A model generated the notes under the pieces. That model was not told the origin of the DNA. It did no database searches and was given only the letters and a program-made list of their open reading frames with translations. A stretch of 62,956 bases of DNA, the filler included, from Babesia bigemina (taxonomy: Eukaryota): assembly GCF_000981445.1 (NCBI RefSeq). It is 8 parts of 8 records of this genome, joined end to end, with 100 filler letters (N's around TTAATTAATTAA, not from the genome) between each part and the next. Parts side by side here need not be neighbours in the genome. Positions count along the whole stretch, not along the records: positions 7,703 to 16,005 come from NW_012236964.1; positions 16,106 to 24,558 come from NW_012236965.1; 6 more parts are not named here. One strand, given 5' to 3'. Of the stretch, positions 11,701 through 22,800 are shown one piece after another (positions within the stretch are counted from its first letter, which is position 1; each line of letters begins with the position of its first letter). A program made the position numbers and the translations under genes.

Positions 11701-14700
11701 TTGGGAGAGGATGAAAAATTCAAAGACTTGATGACAACATATGCCGGCGAAAATGGTATTTCGAAGGTATGCAGCCAAATCGATGCAATGGAGCAGGCGG
11801 TGAGCACTGAGGGTTTCCAACTAGCCAAAAATGGCGCAGCGGATTTTAATCCCGATGATATGTCAGGTTACAACGATGTTGGCACTGGTGCCAAGCGGAC
11901 GTATCTAGCTGCCGTCGAAACCGTAAAGACCACCATCGACAACCTCGAAAACATTCCCGGTTTTGTAGAAGATAAGAGAAAAGCGGCCTGCAGTAAGATG
12001 GAGGAATTGAGACAGAAAATCGAAGGAATTCAAGGCAGAATATACGGTGTTAAATTGGCAGTCTCACATGCTAACGACGCATTGTCGGCAGCCATAAATG
12101 CTGTTAGTGAAGCATTGATTATAGCCTCGAAGAACGCCATGAATGCGATTGAATCGCTACGTGTCTCACTAATCGGAAAGGTCACGGAAGCGTTGGACGA
12201 CGTGACTGAACAAGTACAGAAGTTGTTTGCAGAGCAACATGTGGTGGAATTGGCAACTCTGCAAAAATTAGCGGAGGAACAAAAATCGAGAATTGTAACA
12301 ATAATAAAAAAGGACGAAACCACTGTAATTAAAGGTCTGATTAAGACGATGGTAGACCAACATGCAACGCTGGATAAAATGATCACGGATGTAGCCTCGT
12401 ACAGTCCTGAGAATTTCAATGCCGCTGTCTCAAAAACCAAAGATTATTTGAATAGAGTATTAGTCTACATTTGGAAGGACATACAAAAGGGACTCGCATC
12501 TCACGCTCCACAAAGAGAGCGGTATAGAACTTATGTTGAGCATATCAAACAAGCTATCAACGACATGCTTGACCGTATTTATACTTCAAAGCATTTCGAC
12601 GATGAGTTTGTCCAATTACGTGGTAAACTAGACGGCTTTCTTCAGAATTTGTCGCCTCGAGATTACGGCGCCATGGCATATGCTGTCATGGATGCCCTCA
12701 AGCATGGCCTCATCGGCTTGACTCATGAACTTGACAAGGCCTACGTCAACACCTACTCCGGCAAACAGTACGCGGACGCCGACAACGCCAAGTACGCCAA
12801 AGTATGCTTCACGGCGTTATCCATTCTGAAGAAGATTCTAAGTGAGTTGAGAAAGCGGTCAGGCAAGAAATCAGAACATGACGGTTTCAAGGATCAACAG
12901 ATACGCAAATACACTGCGCTAGGAACGCTGCTAGGTGACGAGGGTTTCGTCGTCTCCGATCCCGACGAGCAGAACGGAGAATTGCAAGATAAACGCACCA
13001 TGACTGGTGAACAAATTAAGGGTCTCATTATTGGCACCGCTGATGAACACGTCTATACAAGCCTGGATGACGTTCGAGATGGTGGTTCACTTAAAGCGCT
13101 TTACGAGTGCCTCGAAACGTATTTCCGTGTCACGCACATCAATCCACCTCAGAAGCCTAAAGCGCCGTGCAGCGTGTATGAGACACTTTGCTGGTTCAGC
13201 AGTTTCCCTTACACTCCCGTATATCTCGATTTGACGTCTGACGGATTTGGTGAGCTAATCGGCAAGACTGACAAGGCGGGTTCCAAGGACACTGGTGATG
13301 ACTTCATCACCTTCGAAGACTTCGGCAGTCAATCTAAGGATGCATATCCGGAAGCTATCACTGTCGGTCACTTATCTGACTGCCTCACAGAAGTATGCCA
13401 TTATTCGCACGATTTGCTTACCACTATCCAAGGCCACGGTCACGCGGGAGGCATCTACGCTTGCGACTTCAACGTTAACCCGCACGGTTTAGTATACCCG
13501 TCTGACATGAATTCGCTGCTCTGTCTGCTGTTCGAGTTACTGAAACGCCTGCACTACCAGCTCTACGTACTATACCAACAGTGCTCATATGAGTCCGATC
13601 TTGGAGGCTGGCGTGACTGCTGGTATGGCCAGGGAATATATGGATCGGCGTGGAAGTGCAATGCTCTCCAATGCCCCAACCAAGACTGCGACCAAAGCTG
13701 CAACCAAACAGCTAACCAAAAGTGTAGGCAAATACCTAAGTGCGGTGTAAAATCACCACTACAATCGTTCCTAGAGGACGGGTTGCAAGGGTACCTGCCT
13801 CACTCTCTGAAATCCGAAAGAGGTCAAATTAAGTGCTCACTTAGCGGCCACTCTGGCATCCCATGTGCGACACCGATGGGATTTGCTGACATCGAAACGG
13901 TGGCGTCACGTCGGCTGACCGGTGACAGTCTAACAAACGTGCTTGCCGAAATGTGCGGAGACGAATCATCTCCACTCAGCAAACTATGTGCGCATATGAA
14001 CTGTCTGCTGGCAAGTGCCCCCAAAGCATTGGGTGAGATGTTCGGATTTTACCTTAATTTCCTCGGTGGCTGGAACGATATCAATGATAACAAGGGCCAG
14101 GTTCATAAGAGAAATGCCTTCGAAACAGCCGTAAGAGCGGCCAATTTCGAAAATGAAGCAACTGATTTGGATATTACACCAATATTCCGTCACCGTGGCC
14201 ATGGCTCCGGCAAAAATGTGAAACATCTTACTGGTGACCTATACTCCCTTGTGCATTGCAACGGTAATCCATCGTCCGTCGCATCCCACCCCTGCGGACC
14301 GTACCTGCGACCCATCTGTCAAGATACCTGCAACACTTATACAGAGAAAGACGCCGACAAGTATCTTTCGTGGATAGTGTATCTGACAGAAACGTTCTAT
14401 GACCTACTTAAAAAGTTGTATGAGGAGTGCTCCGCGAACTGCGACTCGAAAGGTTCGAGGTGCCGCACTAGTAAATGCAAACCAAATTGCACAGCGAGTA
14501 GTCGTCCAGCAGGTGACGGATCCGCTCACACGGAAGATTGCAATTCCATTGTGCAATGTAAGAAGATGCGTCCGACATTGCTCAAATATGGATTCGTACA
14601 TGGAGACTGCACAACCCTGTCCACCACGCCGACCAAGCGAACGTGCAAAGACATGTGTATGGTACTGAAATCAGTAGTTATCGGTGAGTGCAAACTGGGC

Positions 14701-14943
14701 GATCTAGTTTACGTAACAATTCCAGAATTTTTATTCACCATCCGCGCACCATTCATCTGGCTCAACGTCGCACTCTGGCTCCTCTCCTTCCTCTACCTGC
14801 TCCACATCATGGTCATCCGCCTAGACCTCCTCCACATCAAATCGCATCTACATAGTCCCTCGAGTCATCGCATCGCTGCTCAATCACTACTCGCTGCTGC
14901 ACGTGTTAACAAGCTTAACAGAGTGTTTTACCTGCAACCATAA
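8731..14943 (+). CDS. ves1: VESA1-like variant erythrocyte surface antigen, gene 2 (2070 aa, tail type A)
   Basis: Intact ATG-started ORF with SIDWLIQV, the YSDLDRLCDGVMGFLSGVL motif, a Cys-rich distal domain, TM FIWLNVALWLLSFLYLLHIMVI and tail NKLNRVFYLQP. Confidence 0.85.
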   Translation: MSSFTSLLTVSIDWLIQVRYANGGNGDGLTKLSQALKKLIEEAIGNATKSLQSEKKKLSCPFKYSDTETYCQYYEKQIKHCEEELNKLQSQQPKKPNNEYEKNLLTSTKQRCDDAKKACIKAHQKHPPSAALKSVDSKIVQLGELAGQLGAFVGESDVVKKAVENAIIAVINSNEELKKLYSPYVTKLSESVNSGGKADDTGEIGQLQVEVSRKITEITNQIKQLKQQNKLNNNSLPSPSPSAELAKLQSKLDALKKVEELCENYEKLKTMPNEPKNLLENLCDGLQTFLGFNKDSKGYDGTGIVYSDLDRLCDGVMGFLSGVLSAVKDDEAVKTYDNMMSNKLEKVLEEVNKKIGTGRDGLAASVGALKGWLGKYLLELGKRTSTVTGHLGTLCDEIERTHIKSVSMKKDRKLEEQLQDWKNIIQIIEQHINNINTEHVNKLDNTLKNNVMREIEPIINVVKHLKDVSADDVLRCQAVKVDNELLKQKNILEAAIHMNSDDVQKTLRNGIDEVVNHINTLNDKRKQQIQYLDGVIATADQQAQILLDEYRNKYTNGIDGMFADLHGSIKDIEANKAGVENDDNSRCPLEKQIEVVKKAVESIEEAYKSRLKKVKTAVDSAVGTTRGTIRGLGLGLIRDLRSLKKKVEQYIKAYVKGLKEAGMEKLEWKVKNDLRILNSCIYTKVTEYIEADMGLDIKNALKAMTDKISGGDTENGPLDLIEVGVAKYVDKFTQKNFGNQILEQWLKQILQSKQVKTSLWYYASDDWHQQSDPYKNNGTSEQAIAQAIVKQLTEEMQAATRLVTDREVSVTQNLNNIRSCLTTFAQKIQNRIMRNDLGEIASNILGAVDSNVKKTSSKEASHLIPAVDIIFQQLHGMAKQVSDAVEMLLRDCTFNNVDGAILAVEGLPEDLKNEVANKGNVKPNTLGDTIKKTLETKVKVAIGMGGWDSDIKLGENRLMDEFISAYEKLLKAFETKDLDSKIEVLFKGLRLGEDEKFKDLMTTYAGENGISKVCSQIDAMEQAVSTEGFQLAKNGAADFNPDDMSGYNDVGTGAKRTYLAAVETVKTTIDNLENIPGFVEDKRKAACSKMEELRQKIEGIQGRIYGVKLAVSHANDALSAAINAVSEALIIASKNAMNAIESLRVSLIGKVTEALDDVTEQVQKLFAEQHVVELATLQKLAEEQKSRIVTIIKKDETTVIKGLIKTMVDQHATLDKMITDVASYSPENFNAAVSKTKDYLNRVLVYIWKDIQKGLASHAPQRERYRTYVEHIKQAINDMLDRIYTSKHFDDEFVQLRGKLDGFLQNLSPRDYGAMAYAVMDALKHGLIGLTHELDKAYVNTYSGKQYADADNAKYAKVCFTALSILKKILSELRKRSGKKSEHDGFKDQQIRKYTALGTLLGDEGFVVSDPDEQNGELQDKRTMTGEQIKGLIIGTADEHVYTSLDDVRDGGSLKALYECLETYFRVTHINPPQKPKAPCSVYETLCWFSSFPYTPVYLDLTSDGFGELIGKTDKAGSKDTGDDFITFEDFGSQSKDAYPEAITVGHLSDCLTEVCHYSHDLLTTIQGHGHAGGIYACDFNVNPHGLVYPSDMNSLLCLLFELLKRLHYQLYVLYQQCSYESDLGGWRDCWYGQGIYGSAWKCNALQCPNQDCDQSCNQTANQKCRQIPKCGVKSPLQSFLEDGLQGYLPHSLKSERGQIKCSLSGHSGIPCATPMGFADIETVASRRLTGDSLTNVLAEMCGDESSPLSKLCAHMNCLLASAPKALGEMFGFYLNFLGGWNDINDNKGQVHKRNAFETAVRAANFENEATDLDITPIFRHRGHGSGKNVKHLTGDLYSLVHCNGNPSSVASHPCGPYLRPICQDTCNTYTEKDADKYLSWIVYLTETFYDLLKKLYEECSANCDSKGSRCRTSKCKPNCTASSRPAGDGSAHTEDCNSIVQCKKMRPTLLKYGFVHGDCTTLSTTPTKRTCKDMCMVLKSVVIGECKLGDLVYVTIPEFLFTIRAPFIWLNVALWLLSFLYLLHIMVIRLDLLHIKSHLHSPSSHRIAAQSLLAAARVNKLNRVFYLQP

Positions 14944-15067
14944 TCGTACTCATGTGTTCACTGTCTACACTCACATAGCATATCACCTACTCACCTAACT
15001 TATGAATTGTGCTTTAATCTGTTGTATCACTCATTAATCGTTGTATGTGATTGTGTAGTAGTTAACT

Positions 15068-15646
15068 AAAGTGGTGACCAAAGTGCTGACCAAAGTGTTG
15101 ACCAATGTGCTGACCAATGCCGTGACCAAAGTGGTGACCAATGTCATGACCAACGTGGTGACCAATGTGCTGACCAATGCCATGACCAAAGTGCTGACCA
15201 ATGTGCTGACCAATGTGCTGACCAATGCCATGACCAATGTGCTGACCAAGCACCTGACCAATGCGATGACCAATGTGCTGACCAATGCCATGACCAGAGT
15301 GATGACCAAGGTGCTGACCAACGTGCTGACCAATGCCATGACCAAAGTGCTGACCAATGTGCTGACCAGTGTGCTGACCAACGTGCTGACCAAGGTGCTG
15401 ACCTAAGTGCTGACCAACCACCTGACCAAGGTGGTGACCAACGTGTTGACCAACGTGTTGACCAACGTGTTGACCAATGTGCTGACCAGAGTGGTGACCT
15501 ACCACCTGACCAACGTGTTGACCAATGTGCTGACCAATGTGCTGACCAAGATGCTGACCAATGCCATGACCAACGTGTTGACCAATGTGCTGACCAATGT
15601 GCTGACCAATGCCGTGACCAATGCCATGACCAAGGTGGTGACCAAG
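15068..15646 (+). repeat. 12-bp array C
   Basis: TGACCAA core every 12 nt. Confidence 0.96.
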
Positions 15647-15653
15647 TTAAGAA

Positions 15654-15898
15654 TCACGGCAGCGATGACATGGTCACGGCAGCGATGACATGGTCACGGC
15701 AGCGATGACATGGTCACGGCAGCGATGACATGGTTACGGCAGCGATGACATGGACACGGCAGCGATGACATGGTCACGGCAGCGATGACATGGTTACGGC
15801 AGCGATGACATGGTCACGGCAGCGATGACATGGTTACGGCAGCGGTGACAAGTTAGTGGTCACGGCAGCGATGACATGGACACGGCAGCGATGTCATG
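15654..15898 (+). repeat. 20-bp array B
   Basis: TGGTCACGGCAGCGATGACA repeats. Confidence 0.96.
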
Positions 15899-15917
15899 GT
15901 GACCAGAGTACTGATTT

Positions 15918-16005
15918 TTAACCCACTCTACATCGCCCCTTAACCCACTCTACATCGCTCCCTTATCCACTCTACATCGCCCCTTAACCCACTCTACATC
16001 GCTCC
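15918..16005 (+). repeat. 22-bp array A downstream of gene 2, truncated by contig end
   Basis: About 4 units before the gap. Confidence 0.93.
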
Positions 16006-16105
16006 NNNNNNNNNNNNNNNNNNNNNNNNNNNNNNNNNNNNNNNNNNNNTTAATTAATTAANNNNNNNNNNNNNNNNNNNNNNNNNNNNNNNNNNNNNNN
16101 NNNNN

Positions 16106-16820
16106 TCTACATCGCTCCTTAATCCACTCTACATCGCTCCCTAACCCACTCCACATCGCCCCTTTATCCACTCTACATCGCTCCTTAATCCACTCTACAT
16201 CGCCTTATAATCCACTCTACACCGCCCCTTTACCCACTCTTCATCGCCCTCTTATCCACTCTACACCGCTCCCTAATCCACTCTACATCGCTCCCTAACC
16301 CACTCTACATCGCTCCTTTGTCCACTCCACATCGCTCCCTAACCCACTCTACACCGCCCCTTAACCCACTCTACATCGCCCCTTAACCCACTCTACATCG
16401 CCCCTTTATCTACTCTACATCGCCCCTTAACCCACTCCACATCGCCCCTTTACCCACCTTACATCGCCCCTTAACCCACTCTACATCGCTCCCTAACCCA
16501 CTCTACATCGCTCCTTTACCCACTCTACATCGCTCCCTAACCCACTCTACATCGCCTATTATCCACTCTACATGGCCCCTTTATCCACTCTACATCGCCC
16601 CTTTATCCACTCCACATCGCTCCCTAACCCACTCCACATCGCCCCTTAACCCACTCTACATCGCTCCCTAATCCACTCTACATCGCCCCTTTATCCACTC
16701 TACATCGCCCCTTACTCCACTCCACATCGCTCCCTTAACTCACTCTACATCGCTCCCTAACCCACTCTACATCGCTCCCTAACCCACTCTACATCGCTCC
16801 TTTACCCACTCTACATCCTT
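16106..16820 (+). repeat. 22-bp array A upstream of gene 3
   Basis: Period-22 units. Confidence 0.97.
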
Positions 16821-16879
16821 CGAATTACCTCGCCATAATACCGCTATGACCTCTTTAAACCATAGCAATAACTTGTGCC

Positions 16880-19800
16880 TTGTCACCCTTCACCTCCCTT
16901 CTGACTGAGTCCATCGACTGGTTGATCCAGGTTAGGTATGGGAATGGTGGTAACAATGGCCTTGGTGAGTTGTCTCAAGCTTTGAAGACGTTGATTGAGG
17001 AGGCTATAAGTAACGCTACTAACTCCCTCCAATCCGAAAAGTCTAAACTTGAATGCCCTGTTAAGTATAAGGGAGATGAGTCCACTTGCCAGGCTATGGA
17101 TAGGCAAATTAAGGAAGCCAAGGACGCTAAAAATTCTGTTCATCCTAAAACTCAAATTCCAATAACTGAACTTGAAAAACAAAAACAACGCTGCCAAAAT
17201 AACCACACTTATTACCGTGACGGTTCCAAGCAGAAAGCGTATGAGGACATTGAAGAGCGTCAGAAACAACTTGAAGATCTTAAAAGTAAGCTTACTAAAT
17301 TCACTGAAGAACTCAATAAAGACGGTAATAATAATATTTTAACGCATTTATGTGACGGCCTTCAGACTTTCCTAGGCTTCGACTCTGACACTAAAGGCTA
17401 CACTGGCCAGGGGATTGTGTACTCAGACCTGGATAGGCTGTGTGACGCGGTGATGGGATTTTTGAGTGGCGTGCTTAAGGATGTCAGCGAGAAACAGCCT
17501 TACAAAGTAGGCAAAGATATACTTGAAAACATTGTTACTGACTTTGAATCCAAATTATCCACCGGGCGTAAGGGTTTTGAGGTCATTGAGACGGTGGCGC
17601 AGAGGGTGCGGGAGTATAATGATACAGTAAGTGAAAGAAGCAGTGAGGTCAGAAAAAAGATAACAGATTTAGATGATGAAATGACAACAATACAAGATCA
17701 AATTAAGAAAACATATCCTACCAAAGAGGAAAAAGATGCTGAACCTCTTGCAGACAAAATTGAGAAATCTAAAATTGAAGTGACTGAGATGGTAGAAAAA
17801 TGTAAAAAGCTTGCCAAAACATTTAAAGCAGACTTATTTAATCTGAAAGATAAAATCAAAGATTTAGGCCATGAAGCAAACGAACAAATTAATAAAGCCA
17901 GAGACAATGTGGAGCGTGAAGGTCAGCGTCTTGGCAGAGTGCAGAAGAATGAGAAAGAACAGTACGAGGAGATGGAGACGAAAATTACAAGTGTTCTGTT
18001 AGTCGTAAAAGATAAGTTGAATCAGGAGATTAGGAGCCAGGTGAATGGACTTATCAGTCTACTAAATGAGAAGGTCAAAAACATTTTGAAGGAGTGTAGG
18101 CATATTTGTCGTACGCTTGAAAATTATCTTCTGGATCTGGATAAGTGGATGGAGACGGCCAAAACGTTCATTGATAATGTAATCGAAAAACAGGTGGGAG
18201 CAATAAAAAAAGAAGTTGATGAAGCCGCAAAAGATAGAAAGCCGAACCACAAGAAAAATCTGGACACATCAATCAGCGAACTGGAAGCTGGATTGAAGCA
18301 GAGAGTCACAGAGTTGGATACATGGAATAAGGCTGCAGGGAGCGCTGTTAGCGCGGCGAAGGAGAAGTGTAAGACAATTGGTGATATGGTGGAGACTAAA
18401 AGTGCAGGTAGTGACAAAATTCATGGGCTAGCGAAAACGATGCAGGAAAAGGCTGATAAGCTCAGGGAGGCGGCGAAGGAAGTTAAGAAGGAGATTGGTC
18501 AGTGGGTTAAAGCAGCGCTTACGCAGGTGAAAGAGATGGATGGAAAACTTAAGCATGATCTGGGTAAATTAAAAGAACAAATTAATCAAAAGATTGGGGA
18601 TTATGTTAGGGGTTATATTAAAGAAGTTAGAAGTAAAGTTAAGAGTATCGAGGGGGATACACGAAATCCGAAATCAGGTCTTTGGGGCGTTAAACAAAAA
18701 GTTAAAGATTATGCAGAAACTTATAAGAAATTTTACCAAAAGAATACAGGAATGGTGTATCAGTGGATTGAACAGATTTTGGAAAGCGGGGCGGTTGATT
18801 CGTATCTAACACATTATGGTACTACGGAGCGACAAAATGCAAAAAACAAGGTGAAGGAAAAGATTGCGGAGGTTGCTGAGACAGAGGTTGATACACAGCC
18901 CAAAGCAGAGGGAAACGTGAAAGCTACTCTGAATAACATTAAAGATTTTCTTACTAATTTCGCTGAGCGAGTCAAGATTAAACTAGCAGGTGGTGAGTTC
19001 ACTAAATTTGTTGATTCCGTGAGGAAGGATACTGGCATTGTTATGTCCGAAAAATCGCATCTCGAAGCTGCGGTCAAAATTATACTGCGGCTAGTCGCCA
19101 CTGCTGCTTCGAAGCTTGCCAATGAAATTAATGAATTGGCGTTGAAGCAGGATAAGGATAGCCTTGGTCAATACTTGGATGACGCTCTTGATGTTGCGGG
19201 GACGCTTGAGCAGAATCTAGGTGATGCATTTCAGTCGACAAACGATCATGTCGGAAATGTCACCTCACCTGCTTTAAACGATAATATTCCGAAGCTGATC
19301 ATTGCGATATTGAATGGAGAGTTACCTGCCGCTAAAGGTGACAAGGTAGGAGAACAGGTTACGCTGAAAAATGTTAAGGGGTTTTCACAATATAACGCCT
19401 ACATCAATCAACAAAATTTAAACCTCACCGATCCTAGAGCCGCTCTAACCGGTGTGGACGATGACACCGAGGGCACCCTCCCCGCGGCGATCGGTGATAT
19501 TGAGAGGCAGGTGACGAGTAAGCTTACTGCTGGTGACCTCGCATCAGAAATAGATAAATCGACCACTTTCCAATCCCCCTTCGACCAAATCACCACGAAA
19601 CTAAAAGAAATCGCCGGGCTGGTTGACAGCGCTACAAAAACAACCACGAAAGTGCAAGGCGGTCAAGATTCAAACGACGGCATCCAACAATACTTAGGTG
19701 CGCTTGATGAAATGCGTACCGGTGGAGGTACTGTCAACCTCACCGCAAAGGGCTTGGAAAGTCACGCCCCCGTCAAAGGCCTCGAGACGATCAAAAATGA

Positions 19801-22800
19801 TATTGGCCTGCTGCAAACCAAGAACATTGAGAATGTGAAACACAACCTCAATGAGCTCTGCGCAGCGGTGAGATGGGCAGCCAACGAGGTCAACTGGTTT
19901 ATGAGGGAGATGAAAAAAGGGCAGATTGATGAGAAACTGGCTGGGATCAGGAAACAAATCGACGACCTACGTGTCAAGGAGATACAGGGTACTATCACCC
20001 TATGCACTGACTTTCTTCAAAAAGCCACTGAATCAGGACAAGTTACAATCAAGGCACTTGAAAAATATGTCGATGAACAAGTTGCCGACGCCATTAAAAC
20101 ACTCACCACCCAGGCCAAAAAGCACTACGTCTCCACCCTCAAGACTGAGCTGCAAAACTTCACCGCCAGAGTTCAGGGCCACTTGACGGGACTGACGACG
20201 CTGATCGACAAGGATCTGACCATTGGTTACAAGGGGCTGATGAAGACTGTGCAGGGGGTTAAGTTTATTGTTGAACACAAAAAGGAAGCTGAGTTCTACA
20301 CGTCGGGAGGTACTAAGCTGTTTGATGCAATTAAGAACGCTGTACCTCCGCCACCCGAGCAAGAGAGGCCAACCAAGGAACATTTCAAGGCCTTAGTAGA
20401 TGCCTTCGAGCATTACTTCAACAATATCCACGGCTACGTCAAGGAAGAGATTTCGAGGCTGGACAAGCAGTACAAACAAACGCTTAATTACCAGCTAACA
20501 CACACTGAATCGAAATACCTTGAGAAGCTCTACACCTCCAGGCTCAACGCTGCACATACCGCGATCAACAACCTACTTGATCACATTAATACAAGCCACC
20601 GCTATAACCACGAACTCCCCGCCTTGCTTGACAGTCTCTCCTCCGCAACTGCCACCCTCGCTCCCGAATCCTTTGCCAGGACCACGACCCCCCTGCTTGA
20701 CGGTATCGGCAAGGGTGTTGAAGGATTTGTTAGTGAACTTGAAAAGGCCTACAATAATAGATATGATGGAGGCTCCGATGGCATAATATTAGTCGACGCA
20801 AGAACTACGAAAGTTACGGATGATGGCAAAAAGTGCGCTAAAGTGTGCCTCAACGTACTATCCATCTTGTATACGGAGTTAAACACATTGGTGAAGCATT
20901 GCCAGTCGTCATCCAGAAGTGAACAAATTAATAAATTGACCAATGTAGGCAAGTTCTTCCTTGACCAAGGCTACGATGTTTCCGACGATGGCGAGCAGAA
21001 TGGTGAATTGCAAGACGACAAGAGGATGACAGTGTTCTTCATCTACAAACGTCTTTTCGGATATGATGACAATCACATCTACAAAAAAGATAGATTCAAC
21101 CAAGAAATCGGCCCGCTTAAAACTTTACACGACTGCCTCCAAACATATTACCAAGTCGGCCACGTTGCCACTTCATCCTCCAAAAAAACACCATGTAGCA
21201 TATTCGAGATGCTATGTTGGCTATCTGGCCTGCCGTGCAATACGGTTTACACGGAGTTGTGGCGTGATGCTGTGAGTGACCTGTTTGTCGATCCAAAGAA
21301 GCAGACGACGGAAGATGATATAAGCATGTCGTTTGTCAGCGACGAACCCCTGCCGGCGTATCCCACCTCAATCGAATGTGATGCTGCACAGCGAGCAGTG
21401 AAGCGCCTATGCTCAAGGTCGTACGACGTTCTGATCAAAATAGTAGGTTACGGCAACGAACACACGACATACGCCGTCGACTACTGCGACAACAGTCTGC
21501 GTCTATCTTACCCATCCGATCCGTCACAGTGCCTTGAACTATTGCTGGACATCCTACGCAGATTGTTACCGGTGTTCAGATTCTTGCATAGCCAGTGCAA
21601 GCTGGAAACTAAACACTACGGTTGGTCGAATTGCCTGTACGGCAAGGATATCTTGACCGGTAAATCGCATTGTGATAAGCATCCAGATGACAAGCAAACC
21701 GACTGCCTGCCCAGATCACCGCTTCAATCGTACCTTAGTGATACGTTACCCGGCCACTTACCTCACAACCTAACTACCATGGGATGCAAATCCGTATGCA
21801 GCAACTGCCCCAAGGGCCTGCCTGGACAGCCGTGTCTGACACCACTTGGCTTCAGAGGTTTCTCTGGAAGTACGAAGCAAGGCAAAGAGCTATGCAAAGT
21901 GCTGACCAAATTCTTAGACAATTCGAATATTAACACGCTGTTCGGTCTGTTGCCTAAGCCGCCATCTACGTTGCCCGAACACTTCCAATTTGCGTTGTCG
22001 TTGGCCAATATGCTAAAGAATGACGGCTCTCGTACAAATGACGTCAAAACAGCCTTCGACAAATCAATCAACGAGGTGTCCATCGACCTGCATAAAAACT
22101 CAAGCAAATTAACAAGTGCGCTACGTAATGTGTATCTGAATGACCACAGCCATGAAGGCAATGCGCATCACAAAGCTAACGAAGCCGATCTGTACACGCT
22201 CTCAAAAACAACGTCGTGTATTCAACCAAACGATATGAATATTCACTGCGGTCCCTATCTCTCGTCTACATGTTTCGATACATACAACTATCTCGCAGAA
22301 AAACATTCCGATCTGTATCTCTCGTGGGCTGTGTATCTACCGTGGACTTTCTATAACTACCTGAAATCATTACTTGACGCCTTCCAACAAATTGATTGTG
22401 TTAACTTTGGATGTACCAGATGTCATTGTAAACCAGGTGGCCACGGTAAAGAATACAACTGTAAGTGCAACGCCTTAGTAACTTGTCGCGGCGTTATTAG
22501 TACATTCTACAGTTACGGATTCACATTTGGTAGCGCTAGCCAATTGATGCACACTGACAGCAGACGCTACTGCCGAAACTTCTACAACCAAATCTGTAAC
22601 GTACTGAAATCGCAACACTTCACCAAATTATTTGAGGAATGTGACAACTTCATTTGGACCATCAGAGAACCGTTCACCTACCTAGTGCTGGCTCTCTGGT
22701 CACTCTCCCTCTTCTACCTCATCTGCGTGATGATTGGCAGACTGGATGTGCTCCACATCAGGTCACACCTGAGGATACCGTCATCGCACAAGATAACAGC

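Noticed and set aside
9700..12500. Bacterial Ebh, SMC or myosin-like identity of the long helical region
   Set aside because: Generic coiled-coil composition; the Cys-rich distal region, C-terminal TM and tail indicate a Babesia ves-like family
9043..14668. Numerous 60-200 aa antisense and alternate-frame ORFs within the large genes
   Set aside because: Shadow ORFs of long coding sequence, mostly with non-ATG starts and no independent features
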